A stretch of DNA of 64,000 nucleotides from Raillietiella orientalis (Eukaryota): positions 1,116,001 through 1,180,000 of the forward strand of contig JAYWIR010000017.1 of assembly GCA_036172245.1 (NCBI GenBank). The letters run 5' to 3'. The notes under the pieces were generated by a model that was not told where the DNA came from, did not search any database, and saw only the letters and a program-made list of their open reading frames with translations. Positions 26,700 to 39,700 of the stretch are shown one piece after another. How positions within the stretch are numbered: position 1 is the first letter of the stretch; each line of letters opens with the position of its first letter. A program made the position numbers and the translations under genes.

Positions 26700-27386
26700 A
26701 CCTTCCACAGTTGAGTGCAGGGTTCCCCATGGTACGGACGTACAAATTGAGTTTGATACAAGGAATTTCCTGTGCCTCCCAGATCTGCCTATGGATAACC
26801 GAGGAGACGTTTACCCTTGGCGGTTCTGATGCCATCTACCACGTGCAAGGATCCCTTCTTACCGCACCACCTGGGAGAAGTGGAACCATCCACACGGAAA
26901 ATGTGCCATCACGCTATTTACTGCACAATAGCTCTTTCAAGACCGGAAAATTTCACGAGTCGAGGAATTTTCGGTTTCTTTCCTCCACGACCCGCTCGAC
27001 AGAGCATCGAGCGCCGCAAAAAGAGCTGGAGTTGCCAAGTGAGGTAGGTACTTGGGATTACCTCAAAGCTCTAAGAGAGGTCGAGATCATCGTGAAATAA
27101 GATGTACCCAGAGGTTCCTGTTCCAAACAGAAATCTGTGGGCACCTTCCACAGTTGAGTGCAAGGTTCTCCATGGTGCGGACGTACTAATTGAGTAAGGA
27201 TATAAGTAACTTTCTATGCCTCAACTTCCTGGATCTGCCTATGGATAACCGGGGAGACATTTGCCTGTAGCACTTGTGATGTTATGTATCATATGCAAGG
27301 ATCTGTTCTTGCCGCACAGGTTATCCGTAGGCAGTGTCCCCAAGGACTCAGAGATTCCTGTTCTAAACAGGAATCTCTGGGTCCTT
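26700..27386. repeat. Local direct repeat (~170 bp core, two copies) with long hairpins
   Basis: 26700-26867 aligns with 27143-27317 (ACCTTCCACAGTTGAGTGCA...GATCTGCCTATGGATAACC...TGCAAGGATC); a hairpin module occurs at 27104-27144 and 27342-27386. Confidence 0.85.
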
Positions 27387-27779
27387 AGAGCCTTGTTTGA
27401 AGTAATGCTAGAAGTTACAGTTAATTGGAGGAATGCTATTCATTTCCGGATCATTCTTCTAGGCAGCTCATCGAGAAGAAGCATTTTCCAAGTCAGACGG
27501 CGAAGAAATGACCACAGCAACATCGCTGCGGTCGAACACACGTTCAATCAGCGTACAACACACTCAGTGATGATGCCGCATGTACACCTTCTCTCTGAAA
27601 GAAATTCTTATCGTTTATTATTCCTATTCTTAATAGGAGCGGACTCTGAAAATGAGCCACCACCAAAGAACGAGAAACTCGATTGTTCCTTCTGCGAACC
27701 TGCAGTGATGTGAGCAAGAATCAACTATTTTCTATAAGCTCCATAACATAGATTAATCTGTATACTAATCTATATATGT

Positions 27780-29260
27780 ATGTATGTATAATAGACATAT
27801 GTATTTATTTTCTTATGATTGTAGAGACTTTATCGTCACTGCAGATCGTGCCCTCTGGGGACTGGAGACACTCGAGGCTATCCATGCATCAGGGATGCTG
27901 CTCAACAGTTTCAGAGCTAGAGAAAATAATTCCTCATTTCCTTGGCAACGCTCTGCAGCCCTTGGGGTTCGGGTGAAGCGTTCCTTCCTACACTTCAGGC
28001 ATACCAACTTAGGTTACTTCCGTTGCGAATGCAAGCCCTCTATCGCGTCTCCAAGGCAACGCAGCGTGGCCCCTCCGAATCGCTTCCTTACTACTGCTAG
28101 GATACGAGAGTGCGAGAGACTGCAACCTAGACTGAGAAGACGTCTCGTGGCACTATACTGTCCCTATGGCATCCGACGGACATAGTGTCCACTCATCCCC
28201 AATCGGCACCATCTCGCCAGTGGTCGCCACACAGATCATGACGTACCACGCATGGGCGTCGGCATCGGAGGCCAGCGAGGACTGCCTCACGAAGAACCCA
28301 ATTACCTGCCGAAATGCCGGAGGACCTCGCAGGCGTCGCCTAGCAGCAAGCAGGTGGGAGAGGTCCCTGCTGCAATCCCGGAGACACCCGGACCAATGAT
28401 GCACTTCATCCTCCCCGGAGCTTTCTTCGCTTCCCCTTCGCTTCCCTTTCTTCCCACCCCAGCGCCTTCAGAATCCAGGACGCGTTTCCCTTTTGGGAAG
28501 CAGCTGCTGCTACGCGGCGGCTGCACACCGGCGCTCCGGATAACCTTGCCGAGGCTTCCACTAAGCGAAACCTCTCAGGAATCCTGAATGCAACTGCAGG
28601 AACCCCTGGAACAGGGAGGGATACATGAAACCGAACATCTCATGCATTGCTACATGGCGTTCCAATGAATGAGCAGTGGTGCCTCGTTGCGTGGCGGTCG
28701 CATGGCGACGCGTAGGCACGAGCGAAATATCCCGTTTCCCACGGGGTGAACCGGGAAGTGGAACAAACTGCACCATGCGCTATGGTTCCAAGGGTGGGGA
28801 CACAGCTGCCGGTGTCGTTTTCCGAGAACACTCTGGGGGAACATGAGGGGGAGGATGGCAAGAAGGTGAGTAAACGATGCTCCTGAAGGTTTGGAGCTTC
28901 CCAGAGTCCCGGCACTTGGACCACACAGCAAGAGCGTTCGAGGCGGTTCGCAGGATCTTCAAGCAGTGGGGTGCATGTCATCTGCAGCCCGACTCTCTAG
29001 AGCTGATGCTGCCGACGGCCTTCTCTGACCTTGCCTGCACGCGAAACACATGGCGAAGGAGTTCCCAGTTCCTGGTTCCCAGTTTCCGCTCACGGGTGAA
29101 AGCCTTCCTTTCCCGAATCCAAGCTCTAGAACCTGGACCTGACGAGACGGTGGGAGGGAGTCCAACTTTCTTGCCTCTGCGCGGCGGCTTCCGCTCAGTT
29201 AACAACCCCAAAGCGACCGCGCAAACGGACCATCGGTGATCGGGAGCAGCCCGTCCTCAT
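27780..29260 (-). mobile_element. CR1/L2-group LINE 3' relic (family 3)
   Basis: C-terminus RAAERC..LFSLALKLLSSIP (cf. SFFxRAxxLxNSLP); upstream thumb-like WELLRHVFRVQARS and LEDPANRLER...LQEHRLL; 27840-27940 is homologous to 30155-30255. Confidence 0.55.
28150..28560 (+). mobile_element. Probable L1/Tx1-like 3' fragment nested in the family 3 LINE
   Basis: IMTYHAWASA...LTKNPI resembles IVAAWSYA..LNKDAI at ~45570; followed by a pyrimidine tract and GCGGCGGCTGCACACCGGCG, like the family 2 UTR motif. Confidence 0.35.
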
Positions 29261-29269
29261 CCAGCATGA

Positions 29270-29750
29270 TTACCACCCGGTTATGCCGAGACATTCATTA
29301 CTTTAAGCGATAAAAATACATTGGTGTCAACGAACCTGCCGAAGAGCGATGCGCAGACCGACGAGGTCCGCTTCGACAACGTGAGGGAGGGGAAAGCAAA
29401 AGCAGAAAAAAAAAAAAAAAAAGAACAAACAAAACAGGGAAGGGGGAAATTATATACGGGGAGGAAGGGGTAGGAAGGGATCACAGTACGCTGTCAGGAG
29501 TCCTCTGCATCTTGTTCAGGATATCGGCAAGTTCCGTCCGTACAGCACCCAGGTGGGGCCATCTCAAGGAGGTCCTCAGGAGGTCCAGTGGATGGCGTCC
29601 CTGCCATCTCAGCCTCCTCTCCTGGCGTTCCAGGCCACCGTGATCCTGTGTATACAGCAGAGGACTGCAAGGTACGCGGCTGGCGGCAGTATCCAGCAGG
29701 ATAGAAATTGCTAGAGCACTCTCGCAAGCATCCTCGCAGCTCAGAGGCTT
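29270..29750 (-). mobile_element. L1/Tx1-like 3' relic (family 2)
   Basis: GAGATGGCCCCACCTGG...GGAACTTGCCG shared with 32580 and 45650; T-rich UTR, structured element, terminal TGTCTCGGCATAACCGGGTGG. Confidence 0.75.
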
Positions 29751-30129
29751 AGAAGGCCATTAAAAGGGGCGTGGCTGCAAACAAACCAACAGTCGAAACG
29801 GAACCTTCCCTGCAGTCAGTGGCGCACATCCGTATCTTCACCCAAGAATTGATTTCCACCTCCAATTAGCGTCCATGATTTCACTAATGAGGGTCCCCTC
29901 GACAGAGATGAATGCCTTATGTGCTAGGGCAAACTCATCGGAAGACCCCGGATGTTGACACCAGCAGTCCGCGGAGTCACTTGAGCTGCAAACGTAAATG
30001 AAGTATCAAATGCTCTGGCGCAAACGGATCTTCCGCCCTGCATGTTTCCCTGGAATCCTGGGCACCGGTGATGAGGAGAGAACGGGAAGTCACGTTCCTG
30101 AATCGGCATTTTTTTTTTCTTTTTTTTGC

Positions 30130-30290
30130 GACCGTTCGCGACTTGGATCGCACACCGCAGATCGTGCCCGCTACGGACTGCAGGCTCATCCGAGGCTGTC
30201 CATGCATTGGGGATGCTGCTCAACAGCTGCAGAGCTGGAGAAAAAAAACACCTCCATGTTACTCTGCTGGCCTCGGATGATGTAAAAATC
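30130..30290 (-). mobile_element. CR1/L2-group LINE 3' end (family 3, copy 2)
   Basis: FFSPALQLLSSIPNAW; nucleotide match to 27840-27940; followed on the minus strand by an A-rich tail (30108-30127). Confidence 0.65.
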
Positions 30291-30411
30291 CCTTCGGGTT
30301 TTTCTGTTTCGCTGTTTTCCTTCCAGCTTTCTATTTTCTTTTTCTTTTCTTGGTTTGCCAAGTGCTGAAGAACTGCTCGCCTCCTCGGAGTAGGGGAGGG
30401 GAGGGAACGCG

Positions 30412-31088
30412 AAGCTCCTTGACGGCGCTCACGCCGCCCGGGAGCGCGTGTGACTCTTCAAGTTACAGGAGACACCCCGGGAGGGGACTACCCTATGAAT
30501 CCAGGAAGGACTCCGGAGGAAGGAGTCCGTTCCTCTCATTCTTGGTAGGGGGACTCCAAAAGGAACCGCTTCTCCCTTATTCTCTCATTTCTCCTCCGGA
30601 GAAAACCCGGAAAGGATCCGCTTCCTGTTTCCTCCTCTGAAGACAACCCGAAAGGACGCTTCTCAATTTTCTCTGGAGGGCACTCCTTGAAAGGAAGCTG
30701 CGTGCTTCTTGCACTCTGGAAAGGTGTGAATCCGCTAGCTCCATGGTACGAGATGGAGGATCCCCCTCGAAGGGAAGGGGATGGGTGAACGTGGCTGCAT
30801 TTGCACAACCGGAGGGGAACCTCGAGGGACTCCTTGATTTCTAGAAGGACCACGTAGGGTCGACTTCCAATCCCAGGGCCCGGGTCATTCGGTTTCTGGC
30901 TTCCGCCAATGCCTCACCCGGAGCCTGCTGGCCAAACAGCATCATCCTGAGGGATGGGGGGAGGGAGATTCAAAACTTAGGATGCACCCATTTCTGTGAC
31001 GTCGATCCTCCAACAAGTGGGGATTCGAACCCACAATGCTCGGCCCCACGCGCGGAGACCGCAGCCACGTGGCCGGCTGCCAATGCGC
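30412..31088 (-). mobile_element. tRNA-derived SINE, copy C
   Basis: B box GGTTCGAATCC at ~31021-31032 (minus); colinear with copies B and E. Confidence 0.85.
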
Positions 31089-32219
31089 ATCGCATTCCCT
31101 TTTTTGTTTTTGTTTTTCCATTTATTTATGACCAGAGGCACCCTCCCCCATGGCTACGGCCAAAAGCATACTCTATCCTCCCTGCACATCATCCAAACGC
31201 ATGCACTAGTGCTCCGGAAAGCTCTTCAACCGTGTCTTGGAATTTTCTGGCGGAACAGCCGAACTCTACCGGTCTTGTGCTGATGAAAGCATCGCAGGTG
31301 GATCCAGCTGCTCCGGCTCTCCCCGATGAAATTCTCTGAAAGGGAGCAAAAAATACTGCTTTTCGAGAAGATGGAACGCCCTATGAGTGTTCTAGGAAGC
31401 AGGTCCTCTGCACTGTGGCTGCCGCACCTTTGCGTTTGAGAACCCTCCACACAGCATAGCTTGCAACCGCTGCAGACAGAGTTCTACCAAAAGGCACGCA
31501 GTCTCCTGTGGGTTGCATAGCTACACTTAGCATCACAGTCCTTGCAGCTTTATCTTTTTATGTCGTGCAGTTCGCTCTTGACCATTCCGTCCATAAAGGA
31601 AAAGCTGCCGTCTTGAGTAAGCCTGTCCCAGAATCACTCATTCTTCACTACAGAAGAATGAGTGACCCAGTAACAATACCTTAGATGCCGTTCGGGGGGA
31701 TTTCGGACGTCAGTCCCCCCATCAGAATACGGATGCTGGATGGATGCGAACGCTTCTCTCCCTGCTCCCAATTCAAAGATTCTACCGAAAGTCACGTTCT
31801 CGAAACAAAAGCGCTCGCCTTTGGAGGTTCAAGAGAGATGCAGTGGATCTGTTGAAAAATCTTGTAGATTTTTTCAAGTGCCGAATTAAGAATGGTTACA
31901 GTCTTCCTCAGTATGAATCCAAAATTCTGGTGGGTACACATCGATTGGATTGAAAGAAGCTCAACCAGCCATTTTTCTTTTTGTTCAAAAAAACATGGAA
32001 TTTTGTGGGAATGCATGAGCAGAATGAAGATTTCTGCAGCGAAACAGCAACTGCGCCAAACTGTGGACACTTCTCGTACACTTCACAGGTGACTGTGGCG
32101 GGGCTGAGCACTGAACAGGGGCGCATTCTGCATGGTGGTGTTTCCGAATGCGCGGATCAAATGACGAGGTTTTTGAAATCAGAAAAGGTGAGATTGACTG
32201 CAGAGACTCGGTGAAGCCG

Positions 32220-32915
32220 TTGATTTCTGGCTGCACACGGTGAGCGGATATCCTATGACTCTTATGGGGATGGTGGGTGGTGGGGTGGACCCCAACTATG
32301 CCAGGTGGGGGAAACCTGAATCCTTCTCGCACCTGTTTGTGGGCTTTGTTGCCCACCGACCCCTCTGGGAACGCTTCGCTGAGACCCTAGATACCCCCCA
32401 GTGGCAGCTCCAGAGTCCCTTTCAGACCCCCCCTCGTACGCAATACCCTTCGGCCGGCAGCCTCGCTTTCAGCTCTCTTCTGCCTACGCAGGATTGCAGC
32501 TGCCTGGAGCGACGTAAGAGAAGGACGCAAGGGGCAGGGGTGCCACGTCCACTTCGCCGTCCGATTCATGAAGATGGTAGCGAGATGGCCCCATCTGAAA
32601 GACAGAATGCAGCAAGAGCTCGCTGGCATCCTTCAAAGGATGCTGAGGACCATCCCCAGCAGGACGTCATCCCTTGCCGCACCACCACCCCACCACCAAT
32701 TTTTTTTTTTATTCTTATTTTTGCTTTTTTTCCTTTTTGTTTGTCTTCTCCCTTCTGCTACAGTGGTGGACCTCACCGGTCTGCGAATCGGTAATGCAGT
32801 AGGTTAGAGCTGAAAAGGACGTGGTTGGAGCACCGGTCCAACACGAGAGAGATTGTAAATGTTTATTTTATTTTATATATGAAATAAACGCTCCGACTCA
32901 TCCGGGTGGCGAACC
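32220..32915 (+). mobile_element. L1/Tx1-like 3' relic (family 2)
   Basis: VDPNYARWGKPESFSHLFVGF..RPLWERFAETL (decayed CxxC..E..H..C); ORF end ARWPHL...ELAGILQRMLRT; UTR with AATAAA at 32883 and terminal stem-loop. Confidence 0.8.
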
Positions 32916-34839
32916 CTCATGGACTTGGATCATCGATAAGAATTGCAAACCAAGCCAACACAAGGTTCTCAAATCACGCATCTCCAAAAAAAAGAGGAAG
33001 CCCTATCGATGCTGTACGTGTACAGAGCGTTCGTCAAGCCGATGGATTGTGATTCTTCGTCAAAAGGTTGTTCCAGTTTTTGATTTATGTGAAGGTAACT
33101 CATGGGTCAAAGAAACGTAGATCATTAATCCGTATTTCTTTGGCTTTAACATCTGTTAATGCTAAAGAAACGGGGAAGAACATGCAGCAATTCTAGGAAG
33201 AAGTAAGAGCTACTGATGTGCGAACTTGCCACGTCTTCAGTGTCTGGGAGCACTACGCTGAAGAATCTAGGAAGGAAGATTCTAAAGAGGACGGAGCTAG
33301 CATATGAAAATTTTCCTGTACGTGCAAGTAAGCAGGAAATCTTGCCAAAGTCATTTCAAGGGCAGGCTCATGCTAAAAGCTGGTCAATGGCACGCATGCA
33401 AAACGTTTCTGCAAAATCATGAAGCACGCTGCACGTTGGGGGTGTTTTTGAAAGTCGAACATCTAGTCTAGAAGTCTGACACCCTACCATTGAATTTCTG
33501 CAGCTCAGTAGAACGAATATGCAAGATGGAATTTTCAGCCGTCCTATGATGAAGCAATGGAAAAATCATGATCTCAATTTTATCACAAAAACATGACTAA
33601 GCAGCTGACGTAGTAAAAGATCCAAAGTAAATACTAAAAAACAAATCATACTCCTTTAGATTATCATTAGTCATTCATGAACTAAAAAAAAAATCTACGC
33701 AGGCTCTCACTGTTAAAACAATTTCAAGCTGCACAACGAGACATTCCTTACGCATCTCGGTATGGTATTCTGTCAAAACCATGGAGATTCAACGGGATGC
33801 GTTGAAATGATGAGTTTGAGTTCTGAAAGGGACGAACGATAATCTTCGTGAAATATATTTCCAGAGATGTAGGAAACAGATCGTGTTACATGGATTTTTC
33901 CAGATCAACAACGAAAAACGGTAGCACCTGTGCATCAACGGACAAGTCATCTGGTGAGATTCAAGACCGCCTCCAAGCATTATGAGGTTGAGTTGGGCAA
34001 AAGAGAAAACAGAATTAAATTAATTTTAAAACGGCGTGCATCAGTGCTCATCAGCAGCGCTCGCTCAATGAAATAGTGCCATGGAGAGCGCAAGTCTTAA
34101 GACAAGCGTAAAAGAAGATACTTTAACCTAGAGTCCTTGGCCAATTGGAATTGCTGCAACCTCTTCATCAGCAACCATAACAAGATGCAAATTTATTGAG
34201 GAGTAAAGCACCACTGCGGAAACTGCACACAGAGCAATAAGTGCCAAGCAACAGCGTACGGATCACAAACAGAATAATGGAAATTCTTCCAGCACGCGAA
34301 TCCGATTTTCGTAGGGGGGGAAAAATACTCATACAGCGGAGGCAGTGATGTTTCCCGCGATGCATCAGCGGATCTGGGAGGGAAGGGGGGGGGAGAGCGA
34401 GAAAAGAAATAAGAAAAAGCAGTCGAGAGAAAAGAAGAAAGGAGAGAACCATCTTACTGGGCGAACACGTCACCTGGACGTGATCTTGCACTCACCCTAA
34501 CCACAATACTTAATGATTGGATACACAACATTCGGGTGCAATAAAAAGTACTCTGGAAATTTCTCTGGAGTCTCCTCGGACTGCTTGGCGCATCTGGAAT
34601 ACCAGCTCAGATAGGCAGTCAGTGGCGAATGACTGGAGGGTTCTGCGCAATGTACTGGTGTGTCCGGAAACGAAATCCAAGGAAACATCGGTTCGTGGAA
34701 CACAGCAAGGCTTTGTATAACGAAAAAGAGATCTTTCTGGATTATTTAAGGGTCCTCCTGAGAAGAACTTTCGGTCCTTCAGGAATCGAGCTAATGACGC
34801 AGGATCATTGCCAGAACCGTTGTCATTTTTTTTTAAAAG

Positions 34840-35199
34840 AAAAAAAAAAAAAGTTTCCGAAGGGGCGCTTCCAAATTTTCTCTCAAGGGTCGCTCCCCGA
34901 AGGGAGCAGAGCTCTTCTTGACACTCTGGAGAGGCATCAGTCAACCAGCTACATGATACGGCTCCATCTTCGCAACCGGAGGAGAACCCTGAAGATTGCT
35001 GGAAGGACGTCGGAGGGCCAACTTCGAATCCCGACCAGTCAACGGGTAGGGATCTGGCTTCCACCAGTGCCCAACCCGAAGGTCAACAGTAGGCCAACCA
35101 CTCGAAACCCACGACGCACCCATTTTTCCGCTCTGATCCTTTACTGGGGAGTCGAAACCCGCAACGTTTGGTATCACGCAGTCAAAGGCCGCCTACGCG
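34840..35199 (-). mobile_element. tRNA-derived SINE, copy D (more diverged)
   Basis: AAACCCACGACGCACCCATTT, GGCTTCCACCAGTGC and GGAGGGCCAACTTC blocks match the other copies. Confidence 0.75.
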
Positions 35200-35849
35200 G
35201 GAACCATGTTTTGAGAAACCCAGAATTCTGTGGGTATCACGAATGCTTGGTATCAGCAGGGACGAATATTGGGAATGTCTTTATTCGCAAACCTAAAAGG
35301 CTCTTTTTGAAACAGCACAAGGTTGAACACTATTCTGGATTCCTTCCGGAAAGCATGTGAGGGCTGTGCACCCTTTCGCATCCCAGTTTTTCTTAGTAAA
35401 AATCGAAGGGTTTCTTTTTTCAATAATGGATAGGAATCACAGTCATAGCCAGTGGCGCTGGAATGCAAATGGTACTCCGGGACTGAATCTGCTCAGATTC
35501 CACGTATGTAGAACGTAGTACAGAATATCCATCAGTGGAAAATAGATTTCCCATAAAACCATGGTAAAGCAGCAGCCGGGATGCTGTTCAGCGCACACGA
35601 ACATCGGAGCTTACTGTTCGTGCCCTCACTGGAGGAAATTAGGATCTGAGGACGGTTCTTGAACAGCTATCAGCCTGAGCGCTCCGGAGATCAAGACACG
35701 TGGTTTTCACGTGAGGGCATAGGTGTACCGGAAGCAACGAGCCGCCACAAACGGAGACATATGCAACAGGGTCAGTTGTTCGTGAGGACCACACTCTGAA
35801 AATCGGAGAAACCGCAGAAGATGTGCATGACCTTTGAGTCGAAGGCAGT

Positions 35850-36750
35850 TGCCGAGACAAAACGAATAATCATACATTAACCATATATATTAATGCAGAA
35901 ATATCTCAAAGATACCGTTACGAGCCACTGAGGAAGGAAGAAAACAAGAAAAATCATTCGTGATTGATTCAAATAAGACATCTGTGGTCTTAACGAATAC
36001 GCACTGAGGACTCCCTCCCTGATGACAGATACCATCAGCAAACCAGCATCCCGACAAGCGAGCTGATGAAAAACTTTCCAAATCAGTCTTCTAGTCTTTT
36101 CGAACTCGGCTTGAGTTCTTCCTAGCACAGAAGGCGCTTTCCCTGATCCACGTTCTTTGTGATAGCCATGCTGTACCAAAGATCGTGATGAAGTACAGAA
36201 AGAAGCTCCGCAGAAGTTGTGCCAATGAGGACGATCATCGCAAGGCGGAGTGGCAAGGCGGACTTGCAGTGGTGATTTTCATCCAAGTCTCCTAATGGAT
36301 TGCCGAGCATTCGCATGTTCGATTCAGCGATTTACCGTTCCTAAGGTCCATCCATCTTTAAGGAAACCTCAGCATTCCCTTCGATTTGTTTTGCTTCCTG
36401 GAAATCCGTTGTTTACGTTTTGAAACGAAAATCCTCTCCACCTTTTCGATTCATGAGAAAGATCTCTGCAATGCGAGCGGAGACCTAGATGACCAGCCAT
36501 CTCATAAACCCCCTGTTCAGCTCCCTGTCCGATATTGTGGAACCCGAATTCCGCAAGATTTTCCGTTTTTTTCTAAATGCATTCATTTCTGCACAGCTGT
36601 GCAACAGAGGGGGCGAGAATTTTCCAGGAGAGGAATCCAGAAGTCTGGTCCTCGAATCTGCACGTTGATGGTGTTATCAGTGTATCCTGAACAGAAAATT
36701 CCAGAGGAATCCTCAAGGTCTGAAATAAAAATGCACTCCTCCGTTGTGCA
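35850..36750 (-). mobile_element. Decayed L1-like ORF2 C-terminal region, probable
   Basis: KTRRLIWKVFHQ followed by GICH..SPQCVF resembles zf-RVT. Confidence 0.35.
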
Positions 36751-36829
36751 GATGATCAAAACTGGGGAGAATACGACTTCGTTCAAGACAAAAGTGTACT
36801 ACACGGGGGTGGACACGGGAAAATGAGAC

Positions 36830-37720
36830 TCCATCCGCCGAACCTCTTCTTGTGTTGGACACTTGGATTGATATCGCAGCCACCAGTTCATTCTAGAAAA
36901 CAGGGGAAAGGAAATTTGCAGAATTATTTCAAAGCCATAAACCTTAGAATCATCACTTGGAACTTTCGCCTTTCCACGGAACACAACTTCAACCCGCACG
37001 TTCGCGTAGTGACATAGTAGTAATGCAGGTAATAGTGATGAACGATAACAGTAATACTGCTTGACATTCCATAACAGCGTCTTGAAGACATGCCACTGCG
37101 TTGCTGAGTGTGTATCCGAAGAACGAGTGGCTTCGACATTAGGAGGACTGAAACCTAACCTAACCTGCGGCCAAGGACGTCTCCTGGCAATGAATCCCTC
37201 GAAGATACTTATGAAAAAGAGGCCTGCAGCGGAGGCACTGGAGCTGGTCGCCCTTGCGCTGTAGCAAGTGAGCAAACACCTTTGCTCCAAAAATAAACAG
37301 TTTCCCCTTTGGTTCAGTTATCTGCTGTTACAGTGGCGAAAAATGCACTTTTCATCTTGACTTATGGGACAAAGCAAAACGAAATGCCAAGTAGCAATGC
37401 AAGGGAGGAACATCACCTCAATAGATATCTAAAGTATGGGGAAAAGGCCTCTGATGCACTAGAGTCAGCATCTTTTGATGATGGATTCGACCGGCGTTTG
37501 AGCTTCAGAAGTGCCTGATTGAAGTCGTCGTCTTGGATTCCACTCGATTTGCTCCACAATTGCTGTGGTTCAGCAGTGGGCAGACTGCAACCACGAGCAC
37601 CGTAGCCTGCATATGTAGAAGTCCTTCGCAGACACCTATGGACAAAACAATGAGGGTGTGGCAGATGTACCAACAAGCACGTGGAAGTACGAAAGCAGGG
37701 ATTTTCACGGGGTTTCCGGC
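36830..37720 (+). mobile_element. R2-like retrotransposon C-terminal relic (restriction-like endonuclease region)
   Basis: In order: NYFKAINLRI (cf. FIxAVKLRIN), GGLKPNL (PD motif relic), YLKY (KxxKY), RVWQMYQ (C-terminal end). Confidence 0.5.
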
Positions 37721-38099
37721 GACTTCCATGTTTTTTGCCACCGCATCACTCAACGACTCCTGAGTGAACCGGACAGGGCATCACATTCGTGAGAAAATTT
37801 TGCGAATCTTCCCTTTCACAAAGCGCATTTCAGATGGTTGTTGTTGAGACTTAAGCGAAGACTTTTGCGATGCCGCTGTTCTAGGAAGAGGAACTTTCCG
37901 TAGTTTCAGAATTTCGTTCCAAGAGTTTGACAGCGGCGTCTGTGCCGGCGACACTGTTCTTGCCACAGAGAAGAGTCGTGCAGATGAACTCACTGTCAAA
38001 GAGCAAGGTGCTGCTCTTTGACATATATACTGAAGATTACTGAAAGTCAAAGAGCAGGGAAGAGTTATCTTACTTTGCTAAAGCACTCTAACTCCGTGT

Positions 38100-39000
38100 A
38101 GAATACAACAAGGATATCATCCAAAGTTGAGACTCCTTATGTCCCTCGTAGTTCATAACGTGATTACTCTTGGAAGCCTATTGCAAGAACCGTATGCGCA
38201 AACGACAGAGGAAAGTGGAGCCAGGTGAGGACAAAATAAAGTCCAAGCGAGGTTCCACTCAACGGGGGAGCCAGTAGCGTAAAGAGTAGAATGCGCATCA
38301 CCTCCATGATGGCAGGCGGTCAAACTTCGTCCGACGTTGTTGTCTGCTCGCAAAGGTCTTCTCACAGATCTTCGATTCCCCTATCAAGTTCGGGAGCCAT
38401 GGAGTCCCTTTAAAAGACTCCGTGGCTCCCGTACTTCAAAGGTCGACAGATGGAGTCACGGACAAGCTTGGAAAACAAATGGTTTTTTGGGCCCGCGGAC
38501 CGCACATGCTGAGGTCCTACCACTCTCCTTCAGGAGTGCAATTTTCTTAGTGGTCTGGAAACTAAGATGTTACCTCTAGTTTTCCGATAGCAAGGAGACA
38601 ATGGGTGAATAAATAATAAAAAAAGAAACTATCCAAGTTGTTGGAGAAGAAGGGTCGAAAAGATGCGCCAAGTCCATCCCTGCCAACCTTGAGGCGCTCC
38701 GCTGTGTCGGCGATGTCCTCCTTGACTTTCGCAGTCAGCTGGGGCCACTCACAGGCCCGCCGCACCATTGCAGTCTCCAAAAGTGTTCCAGCATGCCGTC
38801 TTCCGGGATATTTTCTCGCTCGGGCAACACGCTCTGGATGCTGTATGGAAGCAGCAGTGACCGCAGAAATCCGAGGTTTTCATTGCATCTTTCACCGTGG
38901 CTCGAGGCAGCGTCCCATGTTAAACATAGCTGCACCAAGACACAAACAGAATGTGAGCTTCTCCCAGCAGCTCTTACGATAACAAGATAACTTGGACATA
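38100..39000 (-). mobile_element. R2/NeSL-type retrotransposon relic (thumb and linker)
   Basis: LRSLLLP, MVRRACEW.QL...LKVGRDGLG (cf. IRxAVRxWLxLP...GGLG), NVGRSLTA...YATG..W. Confidence 0.45.
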
Positions 39001-39169
39001 GTTATCGCTGGAAGATCACCCATAAATTCCTAGTCGAAATGCCATTTCAGCACTCTGCCAACTATTGCTGATCTGGACCAGTATCGCCGCGCTTCATTGG
39101 CACGGAGGATCCAATTCTGTAGCACTTCGTATCACGGAAGAATCTACTGGGTGCGATGGCATCGACTAT

Positions 39170-39700
39170 GGTCACCCGGCGAAATCAGAACATTGATTTC
39201 CTGGAGGTAGCAAAATAAACAGGCAACGTACAGTGGGGAAACTGTTTGAACCTACCGTAGCGGAAGAAAGGAAGGACGCCGGTTTACAGACCGGCTGCAT
39301 GAAGGACGGGAAGAAAGCAGTAAACGGTACGCAGAAAAGAAAGGAATGGGAAGGAAAGGGAAAGGGTTTCTAGTCACACCCTCCACAGCCTCTGCAGCCT
39401 GCGCATGATGCAGGTGGCGCCCTCCTTGACTCCGTTCCCTGAAGAGGGGACTTTGCTAAGTCCCTGACAGCTGTGCGGGTGAGGCGTGTGGCTTTTCTTG
39501 CTCGCTGGTGCGCCTCCCTCGTGGTCCGGGGTCCTCCTGAAGCAATGCTGAAGCGGAAGACCGGGATCCCAGGAGAAAGCTAGTCACGCGTGCAAGCAGA
39601 GTTTCAGCAGCTCCTTCAGGGTGTTTTCAGCCGCGGGGTTTCTCCACAACCCCTGAGGGTCACCGCCAGGTGGCTTCGACCGGTAGACGAGGCCATAAAA
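39170..39700 (-). mobile_element. L1/Tx1-like 3' relic (family 2b)
   Basis: ORF end VKEGATCIMRRLQRLWRV*; pyrimidine-rich UTR with a GCCGGTCTGTAAACCGGC hairpin; degenerate terminal motif TGTTCTGATTTCGCCGGGTGA. Confidence 0.6.
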
